This document shows positions 1 through 7,981 of a stretch of DNA of 62,489 nucleotides, piece after piece; positions within the stretch are counted from its first letter, which is position 1; each line of letters opens with the position of its first letter. The position numbers were made by a program, and so were the translations under genes. The stretch lies in the NCBI GenBank assembly GCA_043825875.1, contig JBDRRF010000028.1:1-62489 (forward strand). Reading direction: 5' to 3'. The notes below the pieces were generated by a model that worked only from the letters and a program-made list of their open reading frames with translations, had not been told where the DNA came from and searched no databases. Source of the stretch: Pseudomonadota bacterium (GTDB taxonomy: Bacteria > Desulfobacterota > Desulfobacteria > Desulfobacterales > RPRI01).

Positions 1-262
<262 letters not shown>

Positions 263-279
263 TATTTAATATTCGTCGC

Positions 280-729
280 CTATGCCATTGGAACAATATC
301 ATCCGCTTGTTCCTCCAACCATTCCTTTGTTTCATCCTCATCACCTTTCATCAGCTCTTTAAGCTGTGCATCGGTATCGCCTGTTTTCTCTATCTCTATA
401 ACCCAGCCTTCTCCATAAGGATCTTTCATTATCAAAGACGGATCTCCGCCGGTTATTGACGGATTTACGGTAATCACCGTGCCTGAAACAGGGGCGATAA
501 TTTCTCTAACGGCTTTACTTGTCTCAACCGTTCCGATCGAATCGCCTTTATTTATTAAAGCTCCTGCATCACATGTCATTTTAATGGTTACCAGTTTCTT
601 TGCCGATCTTACGATTATATCGCTTAAACCGGCGCGTATCTTTGCCCCATCTTCCTTTACCCAAAGCAACTCCGTAGAATATAAAACATCTTCCGGAAAT
701 ACAAGTTCATGACCCCATAAGTTTTCCAT
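280..729 (-). CDS. Glycine cleavage H-like lipoyl-carrier protein
   Basis: GcvH-like motifs, lipoyl-lysine context GTVETSKAVREIIAPVSG, and DPYGEGW. Confidence 0.85.
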   Translation of the reverse strand: MENLWGHELVFPEDVLYSTELLWVKEDGAKIRAGLSDIIVRSAKKLVTIKMTCDAGALINKGDSIGTVETSKAVREIIAPVSGTVITVNPSITGGDPSLIMKDPYGEGWVIEIEKTGDTDAQLKELMKGDEDETKEWLEEQADDIVPMA

Positions 730-767
730 ATATCAATACCTCTTCATGTATACTTTTTAAAAAAACT

Positions 768-1001
768 GAATATCGAATATCGAACAATATTTTCGAATTA
801 TGAAATTTTTGGCAAGGTGTAAACAACCCCCTTTATCCCCCTTTTTTAAGGGGGAATTTTACCGCCTTACTTCACCATTTGTTGCTGGTTACAAACCTCA
901 GATATTCCTCATTTAATAAGGTTAAGCCAGCTCAAATATCCCCCCTTAGAAAAGGGGGCAAGGGGGTTGTTAACTTATATCTTATATCTTCCTTCGATAT
1001 T
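768..1001. repeat. GAATATC-heptamer element with nested inverted C/G-tract repeat pair (822-971)
   Basis: GAATATCGAATATCGAACAA...AATTATGAA is also found at 13028. Arms AACAACCCCCTTTATCCCCCTTTTTTAAGGGGGAA vs reverse complement AACAACCCCCTTGCCCCCTTTTCTAAGGGGGGA. TTCGATATTC closes the element. Confidence 0.65.
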
Positions 1002-1019
1002 CATTTGTTCACTATAATA

Positions 1020-1691
1020 CTACCTGTTCTTCAGCATTGGCACTTCACCCGATTTTAACAGCTTAACCTTGCGAATAGCTTCCATAGCGCTGATAGCTGC
1101 AGCATCGGCCCCATACTCTTCAGCCTGTTCATCCGTAAATGCCCAGCCGCCGGCAATGTAAATCAAATTATCCCTAACACCTGCATCAATAAGCGCTTTA
1201 TTGACATTTCCGCAATAAGCTTTCACAGGAGATAAAATAGCTGAAGCGCCTACTACAGTTGCATTATGTTTTTTTGCGGCTTCCGCAAACTCCTTTGCAG
1301 ATTTGTTCTCACCGATATCAACTACATTATATCCATTGGCAGTAAATACGGCTCCAACTATGCGCTTTCCTATAAAATGCACGTCTCCTTCAACCGTTCC
1401 GATTACCATCGTCTCTCCCATGGGCTTGCCGCCTGCCTCAATCAAAGGGCGCAGCTTGTCGGTAGCATCATTTAACATGTCACCGGCAATTATAAGGTCG
1501 CTCATGAAACGCTTGCCTGTATCAAATCCCTCGCCTATGATGTTTAAACCGGGATTCATACCTTCTATGATCATATCAAGAGGGCTAATATCCATTTTAA
1601 GCCCCTCGTCAATCAACTCAAACAATAAGTCGTCATCAAGATCCATGACGGCTTCTTTCATCTTTACCAACATTTCTGCTTTATTTGACAT
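1020..1691 (-). CDS. Corrinoid (B12-binding) protein, MtbC/MttC-like
   Basis: B12-binding cap domain plus DxHxxG motif (GTVEGDVHFIGK) and VGASA. Start placed at MSNK behind a purine-rich RBS. Confidence 0.9.
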   Translation of the reverse strand: MSNKAEMLVKMKEAVMDLDDDLLFELIDEGLKMDISPLDMIIEGMNPGLNIIGEGFDTGKRFMSDLIIAGDMLNDATDKLRPLIEAGGKPMGETMVIGTVEGDVHFIGKRIVGAVFTANGYNVVDIGENKSAKEFAEAAKKHNATVVGASAILSPVKAYCGNVNKALIDAGVRDNLIYIAGGWAFTDEQAEEYGADAAAISAMEAIRKVKLLKSGEVPMLKNR

Positions 1692-1800
1692 AGTTCTCAC
1701 CTTTCCTTATATCAAAGATATATTTTGTATAATTCAGTGTAGTTTTGTTCCTAATCCGTATATTATATTACTATTCTGCATAGATAAAATCTTTAATGCA

Positions 1801-1816
1801 AGCAACCATGCTTCCA
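1801..1816 (-). promoter_or_regulatory. Possible sigma-54 -24/-12 promoter for the corrinoid gene
   Basis: Minus strand TGGAAGCATGGTTGCT (GG-N10-GC). The -24 box deviates from TGGCAC. Confidence 0.35.
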
Positions 1817-1842
1817 TATGCCTGAAGTATTCAGGCATATGG
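1814..1842. other. Perfect 13-bp inverted repeat
   Basis: CCATATGCCTGAA-GTA-TTCAGGCATATGG. No U-tract on either side. Confidence 0.6.
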
Positions 1843-1889
1843 GACAACACTTATGTATTTCGAGTTAAAACAGAACCAAACGTAGCCAT

Positions 1890-2132
1890 CTATTTTTTTT
1901 TCTTTTTTTTAAGATCCCGACTCCGTTGATACCCTTTCCAGAGCATGGAGGGTATGGACTTTAAAATATCCCAGGTGAGAAGTTCAAATATGCTCCACAA
2001 CTCCTCGGGTTTCAAAAAAGCTGTCATGGGCATGCCGCCCATAGCCATTCCCCGGATAACAAGTCGCTCGTCCTGACGCTTCATTGTTTTTACTTGCATT
2101 ATTGTTCCGCCGTTTCCATCTACCAGCTTCAT
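1890..2132 (-). CDS. Small hypothetical protein, 80 aa
   Basis: Starts 20 bp after the flavoprotein stop, with AAGGGA RBS. Co-oriented with the cluster. Confidence 0.65.
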   Translation of the reverse strand: MKLVDGNGGTIMQVKTMKRQDERLVIRGMAMGGMPMTAFLKPEELWSIFELLTWDILKSIPSMLWKGYQRSRDLKKKKKK

Positions 2133-2152
2133 AATCGTTTTCCCTTCTGATA

Positions 2153-3778
2153 TTATTTTTGTGATACAGCATGTTCAGCTGCTGTATAACCGGAGGTAGT
2201 AGACATGCTGCAACCCCCAAGAAGACCGAAGCCCATCGGAGTTCTGCCTTGTCCTATACTTCCACCGGCAGTGAAAAATGCGGCATATAGCCCGGGAATT
2301 GGCTTTTGATCATCACTTAAAACCTGCATGTGTTCGTTAACCCTCAGACCGGTTCCAACCGGACCCATGCTGCCTGCAACTTTAAGTCCATAAAATGGAG
2401 CGTGCTTTATCGGGATCAGGAACCTTTCTGGTGTATTAAATTCCGGGTCCTCACCGGCATCACAATAACTATTCCATTTCTCTATGGCTTCTTTGAACAA
2501 AACCTTATCCAGGCCTAACTTTTCAGCTAATTCTTCCAAGGTATCGGCTACTCTTATTGCCCCCAGATCAATCGCTTCTTTAACTCCTTCATGCCAATCT
2601 TTCCCGCAAAGCATCTCATCTCTGGTAGCTATTTTGTTGCCCGCTACATCCGTAGTGAGAGGTCGTTTGCAGGATGTGCCAAAGATAACATCATCCTGGA
2701 TCTTCCAGATATTTTCTTCATATTTGTTATCGAAAATGGCATACGCTCTTCCTCCGGGTTGTGCACCCATTGCAGGCGGTCTTAACATATACTGAGCTAA
2801 GTTGTTGTCCATCATCATGAATCTTTTGCACGCTTTGTTTAAGTGCAACCAGGGAGCTCTCGATATTTGAACATCTCCGGAGTATAGATATCTGAACCAG
2901 GGTCCACCTTTCTCCAAAAGATCTATTCCGCCTTCAAAACAAGTGCAAGAGTCTAATCCTGCCACATCGGCTCCAACTCCAATCCCCATCCTGAAAGCTT
3001 CTCCGGTATTGCACGGCAGAGACATTGATACACTGCCGACACCCTTATAGACTGAAGGTGCGTATTTCTTAAGCAAGCTTCGATTGTGTTGCATACCACC
3101 GGCTGCCATAAGTACGGCTTTATTTGCTTTTATAAAAATGGTCTTTCCCTCAGGAATAACTGTAGCTTTTACTCCCACAATTCTGCCGCTGCTATCTTTA
3201 ACCAATGCATCTACTTGGGTGCTGATCATAAACTTCACACCCTTTTCTTTGCCCTTTTCGGCCAAGAAATTCATAACCGCAGTCATACGGGTCAAACCTA
3301 TTGTATCATAAGTGCCTTTGGGAGTTACTGCAGGATATCCTCCTTTTTCAATCTCCCATTCAAAGCCTTTATCTTCCATCCAGTCGACAACTTCACCACT
3401 CTTTTTTATCATATTACGAAACATATGTATGTCGCCTGTGTAACCTGTCTCAAAAAGGTTTCCCATGGCAACCTCATTAACATCCCATTCTATCTCAGCC
3501 TCTATCTGTATCCTGCTGTTGTATGCATAAAAGGCGCCTGCGTACTGGGAGGTTCCACCTTCAAAATCCATCTTCTCAATAATGATCGAAGTATTTCCTT
3601 TATCTGCTGCTACTAGTGCACCGGCAAGTCCCCCTCCTCCACATCCCACTACTACCAGATCGGCCTCATGATCCCATTTTTCCGGTGGAGCTACCGGCAG
3701 GATCGGTTCCGCATCTTCAGGTCCTTCTAGTGGTTTATTTCCCATCCTAAACTGTGAATTAATTTTGTCTTCACTCAT
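2153..3778 (-). CDS. FAD-dependent oxidoreductase, fumarate reductase/3-ketosteroid dehydrogenase (FAD_binding_2) family
   Basis: Rossmann motif DLVVVGCGGGG, EK..FEGGTS, AVLMAAGG, ADTLEELAEKLG, GLRVNEHMQVL, PIPGLYAA. GGAGG RBS. No twin-arginine signal. Confidence 0.85.
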   Translation of the reverse strand: MSEDKINSQFRMGNKPLEGPEDAEPILPVAPPEKWDHEADLVVVGCGGGGLAGALVAADKGNTSIIIEKMDFEGGTSQYAGAFYAYNSRIQIEAEIEWDVNEVAMGNLFETGYTGDIHMFRNMIKKSGEVVDWMEDKGFEWEIEKGGYPAVTPKGTYDTIGLTRMTAVMNFLAEKGKEKGVKFMISTQVDALVKDSSGRIVGVKATVIPEGKTIFIKANKAVLMAAGGMQHNRSLLKKYAPSVYKGVGSVSMSLPCNTGEAFRMGIGVGADVAGLDSCTCFEGGIDLLEKGGPWFRYLYSGDVQISRAPWLHLNKACKRFMMMDNNLAQYMLRPPAMGAQPGGRAYAIFDNKYEENIWKIQDDVIFGTSCKRPLTTDVAGNKIATRDEMLCGKDWHEGVKEAIDLGAIRVADTLEELAEKLGLDKVLFKEAIEKWNSYCDAGEDPEFNTPERFLIPIKHAPFYGLKVAGSMGPVGTGLRVNEHMQVLSDDQKPIPGLYAAFFTAGGSIGQGRTPMGFGLLGGCSMSTTSGYTAAEHAVSQK

Positions 3779-3945
3779 TTTTTTTCTCCTCCTGTTGTTT
3801 GGATATTTTATTACCTTTTGGTCTATATTCTTTTCTGACGATAGTTGTTCATTTTTGCTTCAATATCTTTGATATCTATTACAAATTTGGAAAAATAATC
3901 GGTTATTATATTGTCTGCTTAACAATTATGTTTATAAATATTATG

Positions 3946-3961
3946 TGCACAGATCATGCCA
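3946..3961 (-). promoter_or_regulatory. Sigma-54 -24/-12 promoter for the flavoprotein/corrinoid cluster
   Basis: Minus strand TGGCATGATCTGTGCA (GG-N10-GC), lying between the cluster and a divergent enhancer-binding protein gene. Confidence 0.7.
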
Positions 3962-4230
3962 TGTTTATTATGTATTGTAATATTATAATGTTATGAATAT
4001 ACAGTTTATCAAAACACAAAATACAGCGAAATATAATTAATATTTGACAATGATATGGTAATATATTACAAAAATTATTAATGAGCTTAAACTGAACTTA
4101 TAATTTGAGGAGTCAAAAAACGTACTAATAAGGATTTTGTGAACTATATAATTAATTATTTACATAGAAAACAAAATATTTGCCTGAATATTATATTTTC
4201 CTTTCTTAAAAAGCAACAGGAACTTTAGCT

Positions 4231-6012
4231 ATGCCTTTAGACGTAAATGATTTTTTTTGTCAGGCTACCATGCGGATTTGCGGAAGTCTTAATATTGAAA
4301 CTGCCATGTGGGAAACTTTGAAGTATCTGGAAAATTTCATACCCTTAACGGGAGTGGATTTATTGGTTGCAAATCCTGGTATGGCCACTGTGGAAACAGT
4401 TGCACGTGTTACACGATACAAGGCTCAAAAAATAAACCGGATCCTTCCAATGCCAAAAGAAATACGGGTAGATTTAGAACGTGAATGGAAAAATCTTCAG
4501 GATGTCTTAATTGTCAACCAGCCTGATGACCATATAACTGTCCGGATAATGACTCAACTGGATAACATGCCTGAAACATCAGTCATGATAATGCGGCTTA
4601 AAATTCAGGATGATAGATTATTTGCAATCACAGCACATGTGTTCGGTAAAGAGCAATATAAGAAGGAACACGCCCACATGTTGTCTTTGCTGCATGACCC
4701 GTTTGCCATTGCCATGTCAAACGCCCTAAAGCATGAAGAAGTTTTGAAGCTTAAAGAAAAACTGACAGATGATAACAGGTATCTTCATCAGGAGATGCTC
4801 CGGATATCAGGAGATGAGATCATAGGCCGTGACAAAGGCTTGAAAGAGGTTTTTGAAATGGTCAGGCAGATAGCTCCTTTAGACGGCCCGGTGTTGCTGT
4901 TAGGAGATACCGGGTCCGGTAAAGAAGTAATTGCAAATGCCATACATTATTTTTCTCACCGAAGAAATGAACCTTTTATAAAAGTTAACTGCGGTGCGAT
5001 ACCGGAATCACTCATAGACAGCGAACTATTTGGTCATGAGAAAGGTGCTTTCACGGGTGCGGTAACTCAAAAACGAGGCAGGTTCGAACGGGCCCACAGG
5101 GGTACTATATTGCTGGATGAAATCGGGGAGCTTCCGTTAGAAGCTCAGGTTAGACTCTTGCGCGTGGTACAGAACAAAGAAATTGAACGCGTCGGAAGTA
5201 CAGCACCTGTGCCTGTGGACATCAGGATCATTGCCGCGACCCACAGAAATCTGGAAAACATGGTCATTATGAACAAGTTCCGGGAGGACCTGTGGTTTAG
5301 ACTACATGTATTTCCTATTAAAATACCGCCTTTGCGAGATAGAAAAGAGGATATTTACGATCTCATTTACTATTTCATAAACCGAAAATCTGTTGAAAAG
5401 AATATTCACCCTACACCAACTGTGGCTCCCGAAGCCATTGAACGGATCATGGGATACCATTGGCCGGGAAATGTACGCGAATTGGAAAATATTGTGGAAC
5501 GTGCTTTAATTCAGTATCAGGGGAAAAAAATGCGTGGTCCTTTAACATTTGAAGACTTGCCTTTTCACAGTACAATAACAGATTCACCGGATATCAGCAG
5601 CCAGAACCATAACATATCAGATATTGATAAAACTATAATTTTAAATATTGAGCGGATATTAAAGCAAGCTATCAACAATATAAAACCGCTTTATAAAGAG
5701 CAAAATATATCAGACTTATCCGGCGAAAAAGATAACCCTGAAAATATTGAAAAAACAGTTTTGTCACATCTAAGCCGGATATTCAATCAGCCTGAAGGGG
5801 GAACTATTTTATCACAGACTGAGCAGTCATCATTACAATCTAATATCAATACAGGTCACTCTATAAAACTTGACGATGCAATATCGCTGCATATACAGAA
5901 AGTAGTTAAGATGGCGAATGGGAAGATCCACGGACCGGGCGGAGCGGCTGAACTGCTCTGTATTAACCCCAGCACTCTTAGATTTAAGATGAAAAAGCTA
6001 GGGCTTTTATAA
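4231..6012 (+). CDS. Sigma-54-dependent transcriptional activator (GAF-like, AAA+, Fis HTH)
   Basis: GDTGSGKE, GAFTGA, LLDEIGE, WPGNVREL and C-terminal HTH GAAELLCINPSTLRFKMKKLG. Confidence 0.95.
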   Translation: MPLDVNDFFCQATMRICGSLNIETAMWETLKYLENFIPLTGVDLLVANPGMATVETVARVTRYKAQKINRILPMPKEIRVDLEREWKNLQDVLIVNQPDDHITVRIMTQLDNMPETSVMIMRLKIQDDRLFAITAHVFGKEQYKKEHAHMLSLLHDPFAIAMSNALKHEEVLKLKEKLTDDNRYLHQEMLRISGDEIIGRDKGLKEVFEMVRQIAPLDGPVLLLGDTGSGKEVIANAIHYFSHRRNEPFIKVNCGAIPESLIDSELFGHEKGAFTGAVTQKRGRFERAHRGTILLDEIGELPLEAQVRLLRVVQNKEIERVGSTAPVPVDIRIIAATHRNLENMVIMNKFREDLWFRLHVFPIKIPPLRDRKEDIYDLIYYFINRKSVEKNIHPTPTVAPEAIERIMGYHWPGNVRELENIVERALIQYQGKKMRGPLTFEDLPFHSTITDSPDISSQNHNISDIDKTIILNIERILKQAINNIKPLYKEQNISDLSGEKDNPENIEKTVLSHLSRIFNQPEGGTILSQTEQSSLQSNINTGHSIKLDDAISLHIQKVVKMANGKIHGPGGAAELLCINPSTLRFKMKKLGLL

Positions 6013-6240
6013 AATAGCAAGGGGGGCAGATATCCTATCTTAAAATTCTTATTAGCTTTCCCCCCTGCCCCTGGCATGGGTTTATCATAAAGTAACTTGG
6101 TAGATAATGCCAAAATATCACCTTTATAAAAATCAATAGCTGATTTTGGGTTTACGGCTTTTCTTGACATACGGAAGTATTTTATCTAATATTCAGACAC
6201 TATATAAAAAGCTATGAAGCCGAATTGATCGGAAATATAA

Positions 6241-7707
6241 ATGACAAACAAAGTAAAAACACCCCAAAAAGTCACGGCTATGCTTGTTTATGGCCGCCTT
6301 CCGCTTGTCTCACTAGGAATGCTGTGCGCTATTGCAGTAATGTGGATGCGTAGCCCTGTTATTTATACTATGGGGGTCTTATTTCTTTTTATCTCAATGT
6401 CTTTTGATCTTGTTGACGGATGGTTCGCAGCACGGTTCAGTCCAAACCCCACACTTGCTAATTTAGCTGAAAGAATTATGGATAAAATTATTTATTCCAT
6501 TACTTTCCCTCTTGTTGCGGTAGGGGTAATGTGGCGTCTTATTTTCATTTCACCAGGGCATACAAAGCCCGAACTTCTTCATGCCATTTTCATTCTCATT
6601 ATATGCGTAATAGTTCTGATTCGTGATAATTTCGCACACTTTATCCGGGGCTTTGCTATACAAAAAGGACAGGAACCTGAATTAAGGGAATTTGCAAGGC
6701 TAAGAACCATTGTCTCCGCTCCTGTTGGCGCACTGTTATATGCCCATGCTTTTTATGTCCCGAACGGTTCCGGGATACTATATTCCTGGATTTCATGGGC
6801 AGGCAATCTTTCTTTGCGTACACTCTTTATTGTGGAAATCGTTTTTCTTGTAATTAATCTTGGATCTATAGCAGCTTACTGCAGAAAATACGGAACATAC
6901 TGCCTTGATGATATTTGCGACAGCAATGATCTGTTAAGAAGAAAAATACTCTCATTTTTCCCGAATTCACTTACTATCATGAACGCAATCATGGGATTTC
7001 TTGCGGTTTTCTTCGCATACCAGGGAAGGGTTAAAGAAGCATACCTTATTCTTATCGGCGCAACAATATTCGATAAGCTTGATGGCGCACTTGCCCGCAA
7101 ACTGGGCCTGACCGAACCTCTTACCTCCCATACTTCAAAAATCACTATGGGAAGTATTTTGGATGACTTTGCCGATGCAATCAGTTTCTGTCTCGCGCCT
7201 GCATGGATATTTTATATAATACTTTCCGGATCTCAAAATGCTACTATTTCTAAACTTCCTATTGGCTTTGCCGCTCTCTTTTATTTAATCCTGGGCATAA
7301 CCAGGCTGGTCTATTTCACTGTGGACAAAAACCCCATTCCCGGATTTTTCAAAGGCATGCCTACTCCGGCAGCCGCATTACTTGTAACTGCACCTTTGAT
7401 TATATTTAATCAAAGTTTATCCGAAAGCCCTCAAGCAGTTTATTTCTGGGGAGTTTTTTGTTTTATAACCATGATTGCAACAGGCCTCACAATGAATCTT
7501 TACCCCGTAAAATATCTTCATCTTGGCCGATTCATGAGTCGGCATCCACGGGTAGGTCAAATATCACTACTTCTGCTTTTATCGGTTTTCACACCTTATT
7601 TTGGGCATATTACTTTTCTATATATGCTTTTGTATCTTTTATCGCCAGTTATAACAGGGCGAATTGATCCCAAAGATGCGGCAAGAGAAACCAGAACTAT
7701 TGTGTGA
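6241..7707 (+). CDS. Membrane protein with two CDP-alcohol phosphatidyltransferase domains (C-terminal one PssA-like)
   Basis: Motifs DLVDGWFAARF...ERIMD and DKLDGALARKLG...GSILDDFAD, plus FFKGMPTPAAA and many TM helices. Confidence 0.85.
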   Translation: MTNKVKTPQKVTAMLVYGRLPLVSLGMLCAIAVMWMRSPVIYTMGVLFLFISMSFDLVDGWFAARFSPNPTLANLAERIMDKIIYSITFPLVAVGVMWRLIFISPGHTKPELLHAIFILIICVIVLIRDNFAHFIRGFAIQKGQEPELREFARLRTIVSAPVGALLYAHAFYVPNGSGILYSWISWAGNLSLRTLFIVEIVFLVINLGSIAAYCRKYGTYCLDDICDSNDLLRRKILSFFPNSLTIMNAIMGFLAVFFAYQGRVKEAYLILIGATIFDKLDGALARKLGLTEPLTSHTSKITMGSILDDFADAISFCLAPAWIFYIILSGSQNATISKLPIGFAALFYLILGITRLVYFTVDKNPIPGFFKGMPTPAAALLVTAPLIIFNQSLSESPQAVYFWGVFCFITMIATGLTMNLYPVKYLHLGRFMSRHPRVGQISLLLLLSVFTPYFGHITFLYMLLYLLSPVITGRIDPKDAARETRTIV

Positions 7708-7716
7708 ATATCTTTA

Positions 7717-7920
7717 TTATTCCAGCTTACAATCTTTATCCCATTCGGGACACGCTGTTTTTATATCAGACGAATATTTGAGTGAACATTCGCCACATTC
7801 CATATCAATATTCGGAACATCGCCATATTTTTCTTTTATTTCTTCAGGCGATAAAACAGTAAGACTTGAGCATCCACACTGCGGACAGGCGGTTTTTATT
7901 GTGTATTTCTTTTTTCCCAT
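7717..7920 (-). CDS. Small Cys-rich (zinc-ribbon-like) protein
   Basis: AGGAG RBS. CPQCGC, CGEC and CPEWDKDC motifs. Confidence 0.75.
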   Translation of the reverse strand: MGKKKYTIKTACPQCGCSSLTVLSPEEIKEKYGDVPNIDMECGECSLKYSSDIKTACPEWDKDCKLE

Positions 7921-7981
7921 TTTTTATCTCCTTTTAAGGGTTAACAGAAGTGGCTCACATGCAAAATTTTATCAGGCTTTG

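Noticed and set aside
1020..1022. TAG ending the corrinoid gene as pyrrolysine
   Set aside because: The B12-binding domain is already complete and the downstream sequence is repeat DNA.
2153..3778. Calling the flavoprotein fumarate reductase or succinate dehydrogenase
   Set aside because: Catalytic His/Arg motifs are not recognisable and there are no Fe-S or membrane partner genes.
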